Of a stretch of DNA of 32,729 nt, positions 24,319 through 32,729 are shown piece by piece (the first letter of the stretch is position 1; the number at the start of each line of letters is the position of its first letter). The stretch comes from Geobacter sp. UBA6169 (GTDB lineage: Bacteria; Desulfobacterota; Desulfuromonadia; Geobacterales; Pseudopelobacteraceae). The stretch covers positions 6,204 through 38,932 of the forward strand of contig DIUB01000012.1 in NCBI GenBank assembly GCA_002422265.1, in the 5' to 3' direction. Below the pieces are notes generated by a model. The model was not told the DNA's origin. It did not search any database and was given only the letters and a program-made list of their open reading frames with translations. The translations under genes and the position numbers were made by a program.

Positions 24319-25380
24319 GTGGCCATGCCGCCTTTGATTATCCCGTTTTTCATCCCCCATGCCGGTTGCCCCCACCACTGTCTGTTCTGTAACCAGCAGA
24401 CGATCTCAGGTGCCTGGCAGCAATTGCCGGATACGGCGCAGATCCGGGAACAGGTTATTGACTGGCTGAAGCGCTCACCCGACAGACCGACTGAGGTGGC
24501 TTTTTTTGGCGGCAGTTTTACCCTGTTGCCCCGACAGACGCAGGAGGTGCTGCTGGATGCAGTGCAGCCGTTTATCAGGCAGGGGCTGGTGCAGGGAATC
24601 AGGATTTCCACCCGTCCTGACGGGCTTGAAGCTGAAGCGCTGAGTTTTTTGCAAGGTTGTCAGGTGACAACCATTGAGATCGGGGTGCAGTCTCTTGATG
24701 ATACTGTTCTGCAGCTGGCCGGGCGGGGTCATACGGCAGAGCAGAGTCTGCAGGCAATCAGGCGGGTATGGTCCGCTGGTTTCAATACCGGGGCGCAACT
24801 CTTGCCCGGTCTGCCCGGAGATACACCGGATAAGGCATTGCAGACCCTGCGCGGGGTGATGACTGCCGGGGTTCAGTTTGTTCGTATCTACCCGGCAGTG
24901 GTGCTGCAGGGTACCGGTCTGGCTGACCTCTATCTAAGCGGACGATATCAACCGCCAGATCTTGTACAGGGGGTTGCGACAGCGGCACGGCTCTTAGATG
25001 CAGCCAACAAGGCCGGGGTGCCGGTGATCAGGATCGGACTGCAGGCTGATGACGGGCTGACAGTGCCAGGGGCGCTACTGGCCGGTTGCTGGCATCCGGC
25101 TCTGGGGCAGTTGGTCAGGTCGCAGCTGGTTCGTGATCTGGTCTGCCAAAAGGCACAAGTACTGCCTTCAGGAAGTGAGATCAGGCTTCACTGTCATCCG
25201 CAGCAGGTATCCGAAGTGGTGGGGCAGGGGCGAACTAATCTGCATTTCTGGAACCAGGCTGGCCTGTTGATCAGCCAGGTGCGGCCTGATCTGCAACTTG
25301 AGAGGCACCAGCTCTGCCTGGAATCCCTCCAGCATAAGATGTGTTGTTCTGTTGTCACCGATTATATTTATGAGGAGTAA
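24319..25380 (+). CDS. Radical SAM protein, Elp3/YhcC/HemN-like superfamily, function unknown
   Basis: IPFFIPHAGCPHHCLFCNQ (CxxxCxxC), FFGGSFT, ISTRPD, EIGVQS, RGH, PGLPGD, RIYP. Confidence 0.88.
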   Translation: MAMPPLIIPFFIPHAGCPHHCLFCNQQTISGAWQQLPDTAQIREQVIDWLKRSPDRPTEVAFFGGSFTLLPRQTQEVLLDAVQPFIRQGLVQGIRISTRPDGLEAEALSFLQGCQVTTIEIGVQSLDDTVLQLAGRGHTAEQSLQAIRRVWSAGFNTGAQLLPGLPGDTPDKALQTLRGVMTAGVQFVRIYPAVVLQGTGLADLYLSGRYQPPDLVQGVATAARLLDAANKAGVPVIRIGLQADDGLTVPGALLAGCWHPALGQLVRSQLVRDLVCQKAQVLPSGSEIRLHCHPQQVSEVVGQGRTNLHFWNQAGLLISQVRPDLQLERHQLCLESLQHKMCCSVVTDYIYEE

Positions 25381-25384
25381 TGCT

Positions 25385-26455
25385 ATGCGTAAAGAATCAG
25401 TAGCCTTTCTGGAGCGCCTCTTGGAAGCTCCCAGCCCATCAGGGTACGAGCAACCGGCACAACGGGTATTCAGGGAGTATATCGCGCCATTCTGTCAGGT
25501 CAGCAGTGATGTTATGGGTAATGTCTACGGTTTTATCCCGGGACAGGGTAAGGATCGGCCCAAGGTGATGCTGGTGGGGCATTCCGATGAGATCGGGCTG
25601 CAGGTTAAATATATTGATGATAAAGGTTTTATCTATTTTGCTGCCATTGGCGGGGTTGATGCCCATCTGACTCCGGGCAAGGTGGTACATATCCATACTG
25701 CTGATGGTCCCCTGACTGGTGTGGTGGGCAAGCGCCCGATCCACCTGATGGATACCAAGGACCGTGAGACGGTGGTCAAGCTGGAGGCCCAGTATATTGA
25801 TATTGGTGCCAAAGACAAAAAAGAGGCCCAGAAGCTGGTGCGGGTAGGGGACTGTATCACCTTCAGCAGCAGTTTCACCCGGCTGCTGGGGGATCGAGTG
25901 GCCTCCCGTGGCTTTGACGACAAGGCCGGTTCCTTTGTGGTGGCAGAGGTGCTGCGTCTGGTGGCGCAGGAGAAGAAAAAACCGGCAGTTGATCTGTATG
26001 GGGTCTCCTCGGTGCAGGAAGAAATCGGTCTGCGGGGCGGTACCACCAGCAGCTACACGGTCAATCCGGATATCGGCATCTGCGTAGAGGTCGATTTTGC
26101 GACTGATCAGCCGGATGTCGAGCGTAAGCATAATGGTGAGGTGGCCCTGGGAAAAGGACCGATCCTGACCCGTGGCGCCAATATCAATCATGCTCTGTTT
26201 GAGTTATTGTACAGTGCTGCCCAGAAAGAGAAGATCGCGGTGCAGCTGACCGCCAATCCCAGGGCCACCGGCACGGACGCCAATGTGATGCAGATCTCCC
26301 GTGGTGGGGTGGCTACGGCCCTGGTTAAACTGCCGCTACGTTATATGCATACCCCGGTTGAGGTGCTGTCACTGGGTGATCTTGAACAGGCAGCCAGGCT
26401 GATTGTTGCTGCTTTGAAACAGATTCGGCTGAAGAGCGACTTCATACCCCAGTAA
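25385..26455 (+). CDS. M42 family metallo-aminopeptidase
   Basis: PSPSGYE, GHSDEIG, IGG.D, IDIG, DDKAG, QEEIGLRG, GTDA, RYMHTP; GAGGAG SD before ATG 25385. Confidence 0.93.
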   Translation: MRKESVAFLERLLEAPSPSGYEQPAQRVFREYIAPFCQVSSDVMGNVYGFIPGQGKDRPKVMLVGHSDEIGLQVKYIDDKGFIYFAAIGGVDAHLTPGKVVHIHTADGPLTGVVGKRPIHLMDTKDRETVVKLEAQYIDIGAKDKKEAQKLVRVGDCITFSSSFTRLLGDRVASRGFDDKAGSFVVAEVLRLVAQEKKKPAVDLYGVSSVQEEIGLRGGTTSSYTVNPDIGICVEVDFATDQPDVERKHNGEVALGKGPILTRGANINHALFELLYSAAQKEKIAVQLTANPRATGTDANVMQISRGGVATALVKLPLRYMHTPVEVLSLGDLEQAARLIVAALKQIRLKSDFIPQ

Positions 26456-26471
26456 GGATAGAGCTTTCTGC

Positions 26472-26499
26472 TTGACAAAACGACAGGTTTCACTATATT
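26472..26499 (+). promoter_or_regulatory. sigma70 promoter of the yceD-rpmF-plsX-fab operon
   Basis: TTGACA (26472-26477), 16 nt, TATATT (26494-26499). Confidence 0.7.
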
Positions 26500-26539
26500 A
26501 CCTCATTTCTTAACCCTCGGGCAGGCGGTGACAGTGGTG

Positions 26540-27079
26540 ATGAAGGTAAGAACCGAACATATCAAAGAGTCTGTTCGGGAATATTCCTTTGTTGAGCCGG
26601 CCGGCTCGTTTCCGATTTTGCAGGAGATGGAGTCAGCCGGTGAGTGCAGTTTTACCGGCCCAGTGCAGGTCGCGTTCAAGGCCTGCCGGGAAATGGATCA
26701 TTACCGTGTTGAGGGTGAGCTTGCTGTTCCGGTGCAACTGACCTGCTCACGTTGTCTTTGCTGTTTCAGTAAGTCTGTCGCCTCGCGCTTCACTATTTTT
26801 TTTCGTGAAGGGGTTGCTGCCCAGGAAGATGATGACGAACTGGAACTTGCTGAACAGGATCTGATCTCAACCAGTTTTAGTGGTGATGAGATCGACCTGA
26901 TGCCTGAGATCGCCGAACAGGTTGCCTTGGAGATTCCAGTCAAGCCGCTTTGTTCTGATACCTGCAAGGGGCTGTGCCCTGCCTGTGGCGCTGATTTGAA
27001 CCGTGACGGCTGCTCCTGCACGGTAGAACAGAAACCAACAAAATTTGCTGTACTCAAGGACTTCAAGGTCCGGTCATAA
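26540..27079 (+). CDS. yceD: DUF177/YceD family protein
   Basis: CSRCL and PVKPLCSDTCKGLCPACGADLN...C.C motifs; directly upstream of rpmF; start could also be GTG 26528. Confidence 0.9.
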   Translation: MKVRTEHIKESVREYSFVEPAGSFPILQEMESAGECSFTGPVQVAFKACREMDHYRVEGELAVPVQLTCSRCLCCFSKSVASRFTIFFREGVAAQEDDDELELAEQDLISTSFSGDEIDLMPEIAEQVALEIPVKPLCSDTCKGLCPACGADLNRDGCSCTVEQKPTKFAVLKDFKVRS

Positions 27080-27119
27080 ACCAGCGGCTTCGGCCGCCCT
27101 ATAAGAAGGAGTATCCACC

Positions 27120-27305
27120 ATGGCAGTACCCAAGAAAAAGACCTCCAAATCACGCAAGAATATGCGTCGTGCCCATGATTTTCTGACGGCCCCCAGCCTG
27201 TCGGTCTGTCCCCAATGCAAGTCTCCCAAGATGCCTCATCGCGTCTGCCCTTCCTGCGGTACCTATAAGGGCAAGGACGTAGCCGGTGTTGAGAAGCAGG
27301 CTTAA
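27120..27305 (+). CDS. rpmF: 50S ribosomal protein L32 (zinc-binding C+ type)
   Basis: [19 protein letters not shown]...CPQC...[10 protein letters not shown]. Confidence 0.98.
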   Translation: MAVPKKKTSKSRKNMRRAHDFLTAPSLSVCPQCKSPKMPHRVCPSCGTYKGKDVAGVEKQA

Positions 27306-27326
27306 GGTTTAACCGGAAACTGACTG

Positions 27327-28370
27327 ATGCGAGTTGCTGTTGATGCCATGGGTGGTGACCATGCCCCTGCCGTTGAGGTGGAGGGGGCAGTTGCTGCTGC
27401 GCGTCAGTTCGCCATCCCGATCGTTCTGGTGGGAGATGAGGAGCGTCTGCGTCAGGAATTGGAGCGCCACGGCGCTACTGCTCTTGATATTACCATTCAC
27501 CATGCCAGCGAGGTGGTGGGGATGCATGATTCCGCCTCCGATGCGGTACGCAAAAAACGCAACTCATCAGTCCGGCTGGCTTTTGAACTGGTAAAGGACG
27601 GCCAAGCCTGTGCTGCGGTCAGTGCCGGAAACTCTGGTGCCACCATGGCTGCCGGCATGTTTGTGCTGAAGCGGATTGCCGGTATTGAGCGTCCAGCCAT
27701 TGCCCAGATTTTCCCTACCCTGCAAGGCAAGACCCTGGTGCTGGATGTGGGGGGTAACGTGGACTGCAAGGCATCCCATCTGGTGCAGTTTGCCATTATG
27801 GGGCAGGTCTATGCCAAGCATGCCATGGGGATCTCCAACCCGCGTATTGGTCTGTTGTCCAATGGTGAAGAGGATTCAAAAGGTAATGATCTTACCCGTG
27901 AGACCAACGCCCTTTTGCGTCAGACCTCGCTCAATTACGCCGGTTATGTTGAAGGACGAGATATCTTCAAGGGTACGGTTGAGGTGGTGGTGTGCGACGG
28001 TTTTGTGGGCAATGTGGTGCTGAAGCTGTCGGAAGGACTGGCAGAAGCCACCGGGACCATGCTCAAGCGGGAGATCATGGGGGATATGGTGGCCAAAATG
28101 GGCTATCTCTTCATGCGTGGTGCCTTCAACCGCTTCAAAAAGACCGTTGATTATTCCGAATATGGTGGCGCCCCTTTGATTGGCATCAACGGTGTCGGTA
28201 TGATCTGCCATGGTGGCTCCAATGCCAAGGCTATCATGAACGCCATCCGTTTTGCCCATGATTATGCCACCAGCGGGGTGACCCAGCGCATTGCGGAAAA
28301 ACTGTCTGAAAATTATACGGCACTGCTTCCACGTAATGGTGGTGCCGGGGCTCCATCAACCCTGCAGTAG
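27327..28370 (+). CDS. plsX: Phosphate acyltransferase PlsX
   Basis: [49 protein letters not shown]. Confidence 0.97.
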   Translation: MRVAVDAMGGDHAPAVEVEGAVAAARQFAIPIVLVGDEERLRQELERHGATALDITIHHASEVVGMHDSASDAVRKKRNSSVRLAFELVKDGQACAAVSAGNSGATMAAGMFVLKRIAGIERPAIAQIFPTLQGKTLVLDVGGNVDCKASHLVQFAIMGQVYAKHAMGISNPRIGLLSNGEEDSKGNDLTRETNALLRQTSLNYAGYVEGRDIFKGTVEVVVCDGFVGNVVLKLSEGLAEATGTMLKREIMGDMVAKMGYLFMRGAFNRFKKTVDYSEYGGAPLIGINGVGMICHGGSNAKAIMNAIRFAHDYATSGVTQRIAEKLSENYTALLPRNGGAGAPSTLQ

Positions 28371-28434
28371 CTTCACCTTCCCGTAGTTCATGAGAGTCAG
28401 CCGGCGCAGTTTCCGGTAACGGCCAGGGGGTTAC

Positions 28435-29418
28435 ATGCTGCGCACTCGAATCGCCGGAACAGGTTCTGCTGTTCCTGACACGATACTCACCAACCATGAC
28501 CTTGAGCAGATGGTTGATACCAACGACGAGTGGATTACCTCCAGGACCGGTATCAAGGAACGTCGGATAGCAGCCCCTGATGAGTATACCTCTACCTTTG
28601 CCGTCAAGGCAGCCAGGGCGGCCCTGTCCATGGCAGCCTGTCCTGCAGAACAGCTTGACCTGATCCTGGTGGCTACGGTCACGCCGGATTTTCCCTTTCC
28701 CGCCACCGCCTGTATTGTCCAACACGAACTGGGTGCAAAAAAAGCGGCAGCCTTTGACCTGACCGCAGCCTGCTCCGGTTTTATCTACGGCCTTTCTATT
28801 GCAGATGCCTATATCAGGACCGGCCTGGCCCGTAAGGTGCTGGTAATCGGTGCCGAAATCCTGACTCGTATTGTTGACTTCACTGACCGCAATACCTGTA
28901 TCCTGTTTGGCGACGGTGCCGGTGCGGCTCTGCTGGAGGCAACGACAGAGGAGCCTGGACTATTGTCTACCCATATCTACAGTAATGGAACTCACTGGCA
29001 GCTGCTCTATCAGCCCGGTGTTGGCACCCGGCATCCGGCCACAGACCCCAAGACCTTGGAAGATCAGCTTTATTACCTGCGGATGGAAGGTAACGAGGTG
29101 TTCAAGCACGCCGTGCGAGCCATGGGTGATGCGGCCGCCGCAGCTCTTGAGGCAAATGGCTGTTCACCTGATCAGGTGAAGCTCCTGATACCGCATCAGG
29201 CTAATCGCAGGATCATTGAGGCAACCGGCAAACGGGTCGGCATTTCTGAAGAACGTATCTTTGTTAATCTGCATAAATACGGCAATACCTCTGCAGCATC
29301 CATACCGATTGCGCTGGATGAGGCCAATCGTTCCGGTCAAATCAAGCAGGGAGATCTGATCCTTTTGGATGCCTTTGGGGGCGGCTTTACCTACGGCTCT
29401 GCATTATTGCGATGGTAA
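28435..29418 (+). CDS. fabH: 3-oxoacyl-ACP synthase III
   Basis: WITSRTGIKERR, AACSGF, FGDGAGA, PHQAN.RI, GNTSAAS (Cys-His-Asn triad). Confidence 0.97.
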   Translation: MLRTRIAGTGSAVPDTILTNHDLEQMVDTNDEWITSRTGIKERRIAAPDEYTSTFAVKAARAALSMAACPAEQLDLILVATVTPDFPFPATACIVQHELGAKKAAAFDLTAACSGFIYGLSIADAYIRTGLARKVLVIGAEILTRIVDFTDRNTCILFGDGAGAALLEATTEEPGLLSTHIYSNGTHWQLLYQPGVGTRHPATDPKTLEDQLYYLRMEGNEVFKHAVRAMGDAAAAALEANGCSPDQVKLLIPHQANRRIIEATGKRVGISEERIFVNLHKYGNTSAASIPIALDEANRSGQIKQGDLILLDAFGGGFTYGSALLRW

Positions 29419-29448
29419 TGACACTATTTTACCTTAAGGGGTTGTTTT

Positions 29449-30372
29449 ATGAGTAAAACGTCGTTTCTGTTTCCTGGGCAGGGATCCCAGTATGCCGGCA
29501 TGGGTAAAGACCTTGCCGACAGCTTTCCGGTGGCACGCCAGGTATTTGAAGAGGCTGATGACGCACTGGGTTTCAAACTTTCTGACCTCTGTTTCAACGG
29601 TCCTGAAGACGATCTCAAGCTGACTTTCAACACCCAGCCCGCTATCCTGGCCGCCAGTATCGCCGCCCTGCGGGTCGTACAACAGGAAACCGGTCTGCAA
29701 CCTGATTGTGTGGCCGGTCATTCACTGGGCGAGTATTCGGCGCTGGTCTGCAGTGGTGCCCTGTCCCTGGCTGATGCGGTACGCACGGTGCGCTCCCGCG
29801 GCACTTTCATGCAGGAGGCGGTGCCGGTAGGGGTTGGCGCCATGGCGGCCATCTTGTCAGTGGAGGCGGATGAGCTTGCCGCCATCTGTGAAGAGGCTGC
29901 CCAGGGTGAGGTAGTGGCCCCGGCCAACTTTAACTCGCCCGGCCAGATTGTGATCGCTGGTCATGCGACTGCTGTCAACCGCGCCATTGAGATTGCCAAG
30001 GCCAAGGGGTACCGCAAGGCCATGCTGCTGCCGGTATCGGCTCCCTTCCATTGCGCCCTGATGCAACCGGCAGCAGACCGGCTGCATCAGGTTTTGGACC
30101 GAATTACGGTCAATGTAATGAGTCTTCCCGTTATTACCAATGTGGAGGCCTGTGCCAACCAGGATGCCGGACGGGTCAGGGAGCTGCTGGTGACCCAGGT
30201 CTGTGCGCCAGTCCGTTGGGAGCAATCGGTTCAGGCCATGATCAGCGATGGCATCACCCGTTTTGTCGAGATCGGACCCGGCAAGGTGCTGACCGGTCTG
30301 GTCAAGCGGATCAACAAAGAGATGGCTCTGGTGAATATTGAAGATACTGCCGGTGTGCGGGCAGCAGCCTGA
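29449..30372 (+). CDS. fabD: Malonyl-CoA:ACP transacylase
   Basis: [28 protein letters not shown]. Confidence 0.98.
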   Translation: MSKTSFLFPGQGSQYAGMGKDLADSFPVARQVFEEADDALGFKLSDLCFNGPEDDLKLTFNTQPAILAASIAALRVVQQETGLQPDCVAGHSLGEYSALVCSGALSLADAVRTVRSRGTFMQEAVPVGVGAMAAILSVEADELAAICEEAAQGEVVAPANFNSPGQIVIAGHATAVNRAIEIAKAKGYRKAMLLPVSAPFHCALMQPAADRLHQVLDRITVNVMSLPVITNVEACANQDAGRVRELLVTQVCAPVRWEQSVQAMISDGITRFVEIGPGKVLTGLVKRINKEMALVNIEDTAGVRAAA

Positions 30373-30383
30373 GGAGTGGAGAC

Positions 30384-30821
30384 ATGCTTGATATCAACCA
30401 GATTATGAAGATCCTGCCGCATCGGTATCCATTTCTGATGGTTGACCGGATTCTTGAACTTGAGGTTGGCAAACGGATTGTGGGGATGAAAAACGTCACT
30501 ATCAATGAGCCGTTTTTTCCTGGTCATTTTCCCGGCCATCCGGTCATGCCGGGGGTGCTTATCATTGAGGCCATGGCCCAGGTAGCCGGTATTCTGGCCT
30601 ATCAGTCAGATGAAAGCGTGCGTGACAAGGTGACCTATTTTACCGGTATCGATAATGCCCGCTTTCGCAAGCCGGTGATGCCGGGGGATCAGTTGCGCTT
30701 TGAGATTGAGGCCACTGGCTGCAAACGGGGTATCTGGTTCTTTACAGCCAAGGCTCTGGTGGACGGCAAGGTGGTGACTGAGGCTGACTTAAAAGCAACC
30801 TTTGCAGACAAACAAGCCTGA
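30384..30821 (+). CDS. fabZ: 3-hydroxyacyl-ACP dehydratase
   Basis: [50 protein letters not shown]. Confidence 0.97.
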   Translation: MLDINQIMKILPHRYPFLMVDRILELEVGKRIVGMKNVTINEPFFPGHFPGHPVMPGVLIIEAMAQVAGILAYQSDESVRDKVTYFTGIDNARFRKPVMPGDQLRFEIEATGCKRGIWFFTAKALVDGKVVTEADLKATFADKQA

Positions 30822-30852
30822 TCTAGATGCAGGAGATGAGAGGAGAGGAAAG

Positions 30853-31590
30853 ATGCCCAAGGGAAAGGTGGCGGTAATTACCGGTGCTTCACGGGGGATT
30901 GGCAAGAGCATTGCCGTTGCACTGGCAGCACAGGGGGCCATTATCGTGGCCATGGATATGGATCAGGCAGCAACCGATGCGGTGGTTGCAGAGTTGCAGG
31001 CATCCGGCGCACAGGCGCTGGCTGTGGTGGGCAATGTGACCGTTGCTGCTGATGTAGAAAAGATGATTGATGCAGCAGTGGAAGCCTTTGGTCGGGTTGA
31101 TATTCTGGTCAATAACGCCGGTATTACCCGGGATGGTCTGCTAATGCGAATGAAAGACGAAGATTGGGACGCAGTGTTGAGCGTTAACCTGAAAGGTGCG
31201 TTCCTCTGCACCCGCAGTGCATTCAAGGTGATGAGCAAGCAACGTTACGGCAGGATCATCAATATTGCCTCGGTGGTGGGGCAGATGGGTAATGCGGGCC
31301 AGGCCAACTATTGTGCCAGCAAGGCCGGTCTGATCGGTCTGACCAAATCCAATGCCCGTGAAATGGCCAAGCGTAACGTCACGGTCAACGCCGTTGCCCC
31401 CGGCTTTATTGCCACAGCCATGACCGATGCACTGCCGGAAAAGGTGCGCGAAGAGCTGGCAGCCCAGATTCCGCTGGAGCGACTGGGATCGGCTGATGAC
31501 ATAGCCAATGCGGTGGTGTTCCTGGCATCAGAGACTTCGGGGTACATCACCGGTCATGTTTTGTCAGTCAATGGCGGCATGTATATGTAG
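30853..31590 (+). CDS. fabG: 3-oxoacyl-ACP reductase
   Basis: TGASRGIG, NNAGITRD, GQANYCASK, APGFI, NGGMYM; start set to ATG 30853 (GAGG SD). Confidence 0.97.
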   Translation: MPKGKVAVITGASRGIGKSIAVALAAQGAIIVAMDMDQAATDAVVAELQASGAQALAVVGNVTVAADVEKMIDAAVEAFGRVDILVNNAGITRDGLLMRMKDEDWDAVLSVNLKGAFLCTRSAFKVMSKQRYGRIINIASVVGQMGNAGQANYCASKAGLIGLTKSNAREMAKRNVTVNAVAPGFIATAMTDALPEKVREELAAQIPLERLGSADDIANAVVFLASETSGYITGHVLSVNGGMYM

Positions 31591-31638
31591 TGTTATGTTG
31601 ACGGGTTATCCGTACTCGTCATCTGTTGAAAAATTGCT

Positions 31639-31668
31639 TTGACATTTGTCGTTTCTGTTTGCTAAGTA
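31639..31668 (+). promoter_or_regulatory. Possible internal promoter of acpP
   Basis: TTGACA (31639-31644), 18 nt, TGc-TAAGTA (imperfect extended -10). Confidence 0.45.
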
Positions 31669-31726
31669 ACACGAACGTTTTGCCGACCAAAACCTAGCCA
31701 CGGTTTATATCACACGGAGGTGTACG

Positions 31727-31960
31727 ATGTCTGATGTTGCGAAGAGAGTGAAAGAAATTATTGCCGAGCAGCTTGGCGTTGATGAGGCACAGGTGGTTTC
31801 CGAGGCCTCCTTCATGGATGACCTGGGTGCCGATTCCCTTGACACCGTTGAGCTGGTAATGGCTCTGGAAGAGGAGTTCGACATCGAGATCCCGGATGAG
31901 GACGCCGAGAAGATCCAGACCGTGCAGGATGCTGTTGATTACATCACCGAGCATACCTAG
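31727..31960 (+). CDS. acpP: Acyl carrier protein
   Basis: [20 protein letters not shown] phosphopantetheine site; GGAGG SD. Confidence 0.99.
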   Translation: MSDVAKRVKEIIAEQLGVDEAQVVSEASFMDDLGADSLDTVELVMALEEEFDIEIPDEDAEKIQTVQDAVDYITEHT

Positions 31961-31984
31961 GATCTGTTGGCAACCTGAAGGAAC

Positions 31985-32019
31985 GAAAAGGGGGGACTGG
32001 TCCCCTCTTTTCCTTTTTT
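31985..32019 (+). terminator. Intrinsic terminator after acpP
   Basis: GAAAAGGGGGGA-CTGG-TCCCCTCTTTTC hairpin followed by CTTTTTT. Confidence 0.7.
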
Positions 32020-32049
32020 ATCAGACCAGTCAGTAATGGAGCCAAGTAC

Positions 32050-32729
32050 ATGAGACGAGTCGTCGTTACCGGTGTGGGCGCTGTTTCTCCTCTGGGGACC
32101 GGCAATCAAAAAAATTGGGAGGCTCTGGTGAGCGGTCAGTCCGGTATCGGACCGATCACCCGTTTTGATGCCGGCAGCCTGCCGGTCAGGATTGCCGGTG
32201 AGGTCAGGGATTTCGAGCCTGAGCAGTTCATTGATAAAAAAGAGGTCAAGAAGATGGACCTCTTTATCCAGTACGCCATGGGTGCTGCCTACTTTGCCAT
32301 GGAAGATTCGGGCCTGCAGATCACTGAACAGAATGCCGAGCGGGTTGGGGTACTGGTCGGTGCCGGTCTGGGAGGCCTGCCTACCATTGAAAAATACCAC
32401 ACGGCTTTACTGGAAGGTGGCTACAAAAAAATTTCCCCTTTCTTCATTCCAATGCTGATCATAAACCTGGCTCCCGGTCATATCTCTATCAAGTACGGTG
32501 CCAAAGGGCCAAATCTCTCTTCAGTTTCAGCCTGTGCTACCGGTACCCATTCAATTGGTGATGCCTACCACATGATCGCCCGGGGGGATGCCGATGCCAT
32601 GATTGCCGGCGGCACTGAAGCAACGGTGACTCCGCTGGGGATCGGCGGTTTTGCGGTCATGAAGGCCTTGTCCGATCGCAATGATGAGCCGCAGCGTGCA
32701 TCGCGTCCCTTTGACAAAGGTCGTGACGG
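32050..32729 (+). CDS. fabF: 3-oxoacyl-ACP synthase II, N-terminal part (3'-truncated; absent from the ORF track)
   Basis: Manual translation MRRVVVTGVGAVSPLG...SGIGPITRFD...IAGEV...SPFFIP...GPN...SACATG (catalytic Cys)...AGGTEA...ASRPFDKGRD; follows acpP. Confidence 0.97.
   Translation, partial: MRRVVVTGVGAVSPLGTGNQKNWEALVSGQSGIGPITRFDAGSLPVRIAGEVRDFEPEQFIDKKEVKKMDLFIQYAMGAAYFAMEDSGLQITEQNAERVGVLVGAGLGGLPTIEKYHTALLEGGYKKISPFFIPMLIINLAPGHISIKYGAKGPNLSSVSACATGTHSIGDAYHMIARGDADAMIAGGTEATVTPLGIGGFAVMKALSDRNDEPQRASRPFDKGRD

Noticed and set aside
25439-26191. 250-aa antisense ORF (also 23551-24186, 19923-20468, 4086-4637, 5620-6156 and similar)
   Set aside because: These are shadow ORFs opposite well-supported genes, expected from codon bias, with no family motifs.
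32165-32458. 97-aa ORF from the track
   Set aside because: Alternate frame inside fabF, which starts at 32050 and runs off the window.
1-32729. CRISPR array, tRNA/rRNA, IS element, prophage or defence system
   Set aside because: No regularly spaced repeats, cloverleaf folds, transposase/integrase or phage-like proteins seen; intergenic gaps are short and explained by promoters and terminators.

Overview
Chromosomal window from a Geobacteraceae-like deltaproteobacterium (taxon inferred from gene order and protein style, not from a search). The backbone is housekeeping: leuS (3' part)-lptE-holA, rpsT, purMN, slt-pgsA-kamA-like, tmk-holB-ricT-metG, rnc-radical SAM-M42 peptidase, and yceD-rpmF-plsX-fabH-fabD-fabZ-fabG-acpP-fabF (5' part). 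Three accessory modules stand out. (1) A siaABCD-type partner-switch/diguanylate cyclase cluster is wedged between lptE and holA; its SiaD has a duplicated N-terminal helix flanking a four-Cys zinc-ribbon-like insert. (2) A four-gene operon encodes a small membrane protein, an SLC5 transporter-STAC-GAF-PP2C fusion, a STAS protein and an RsbW-like kinase, with no sigma factor nearby; this looks like a transporter-sensed partner switch with unknown output. (3) A 95-codon HesB/IscA-like gene (18896-19183), missing from the ORF track, has an in-frame TGA followed by SECIS-like hairpins, so it is a probable selenoprotein; it lies behind an AT-rich region with a Fur-box-like site. I saw no rRNA, tRNA, CRISPR array, transposase or integrase. 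All family calls come from motif recognition by eye.
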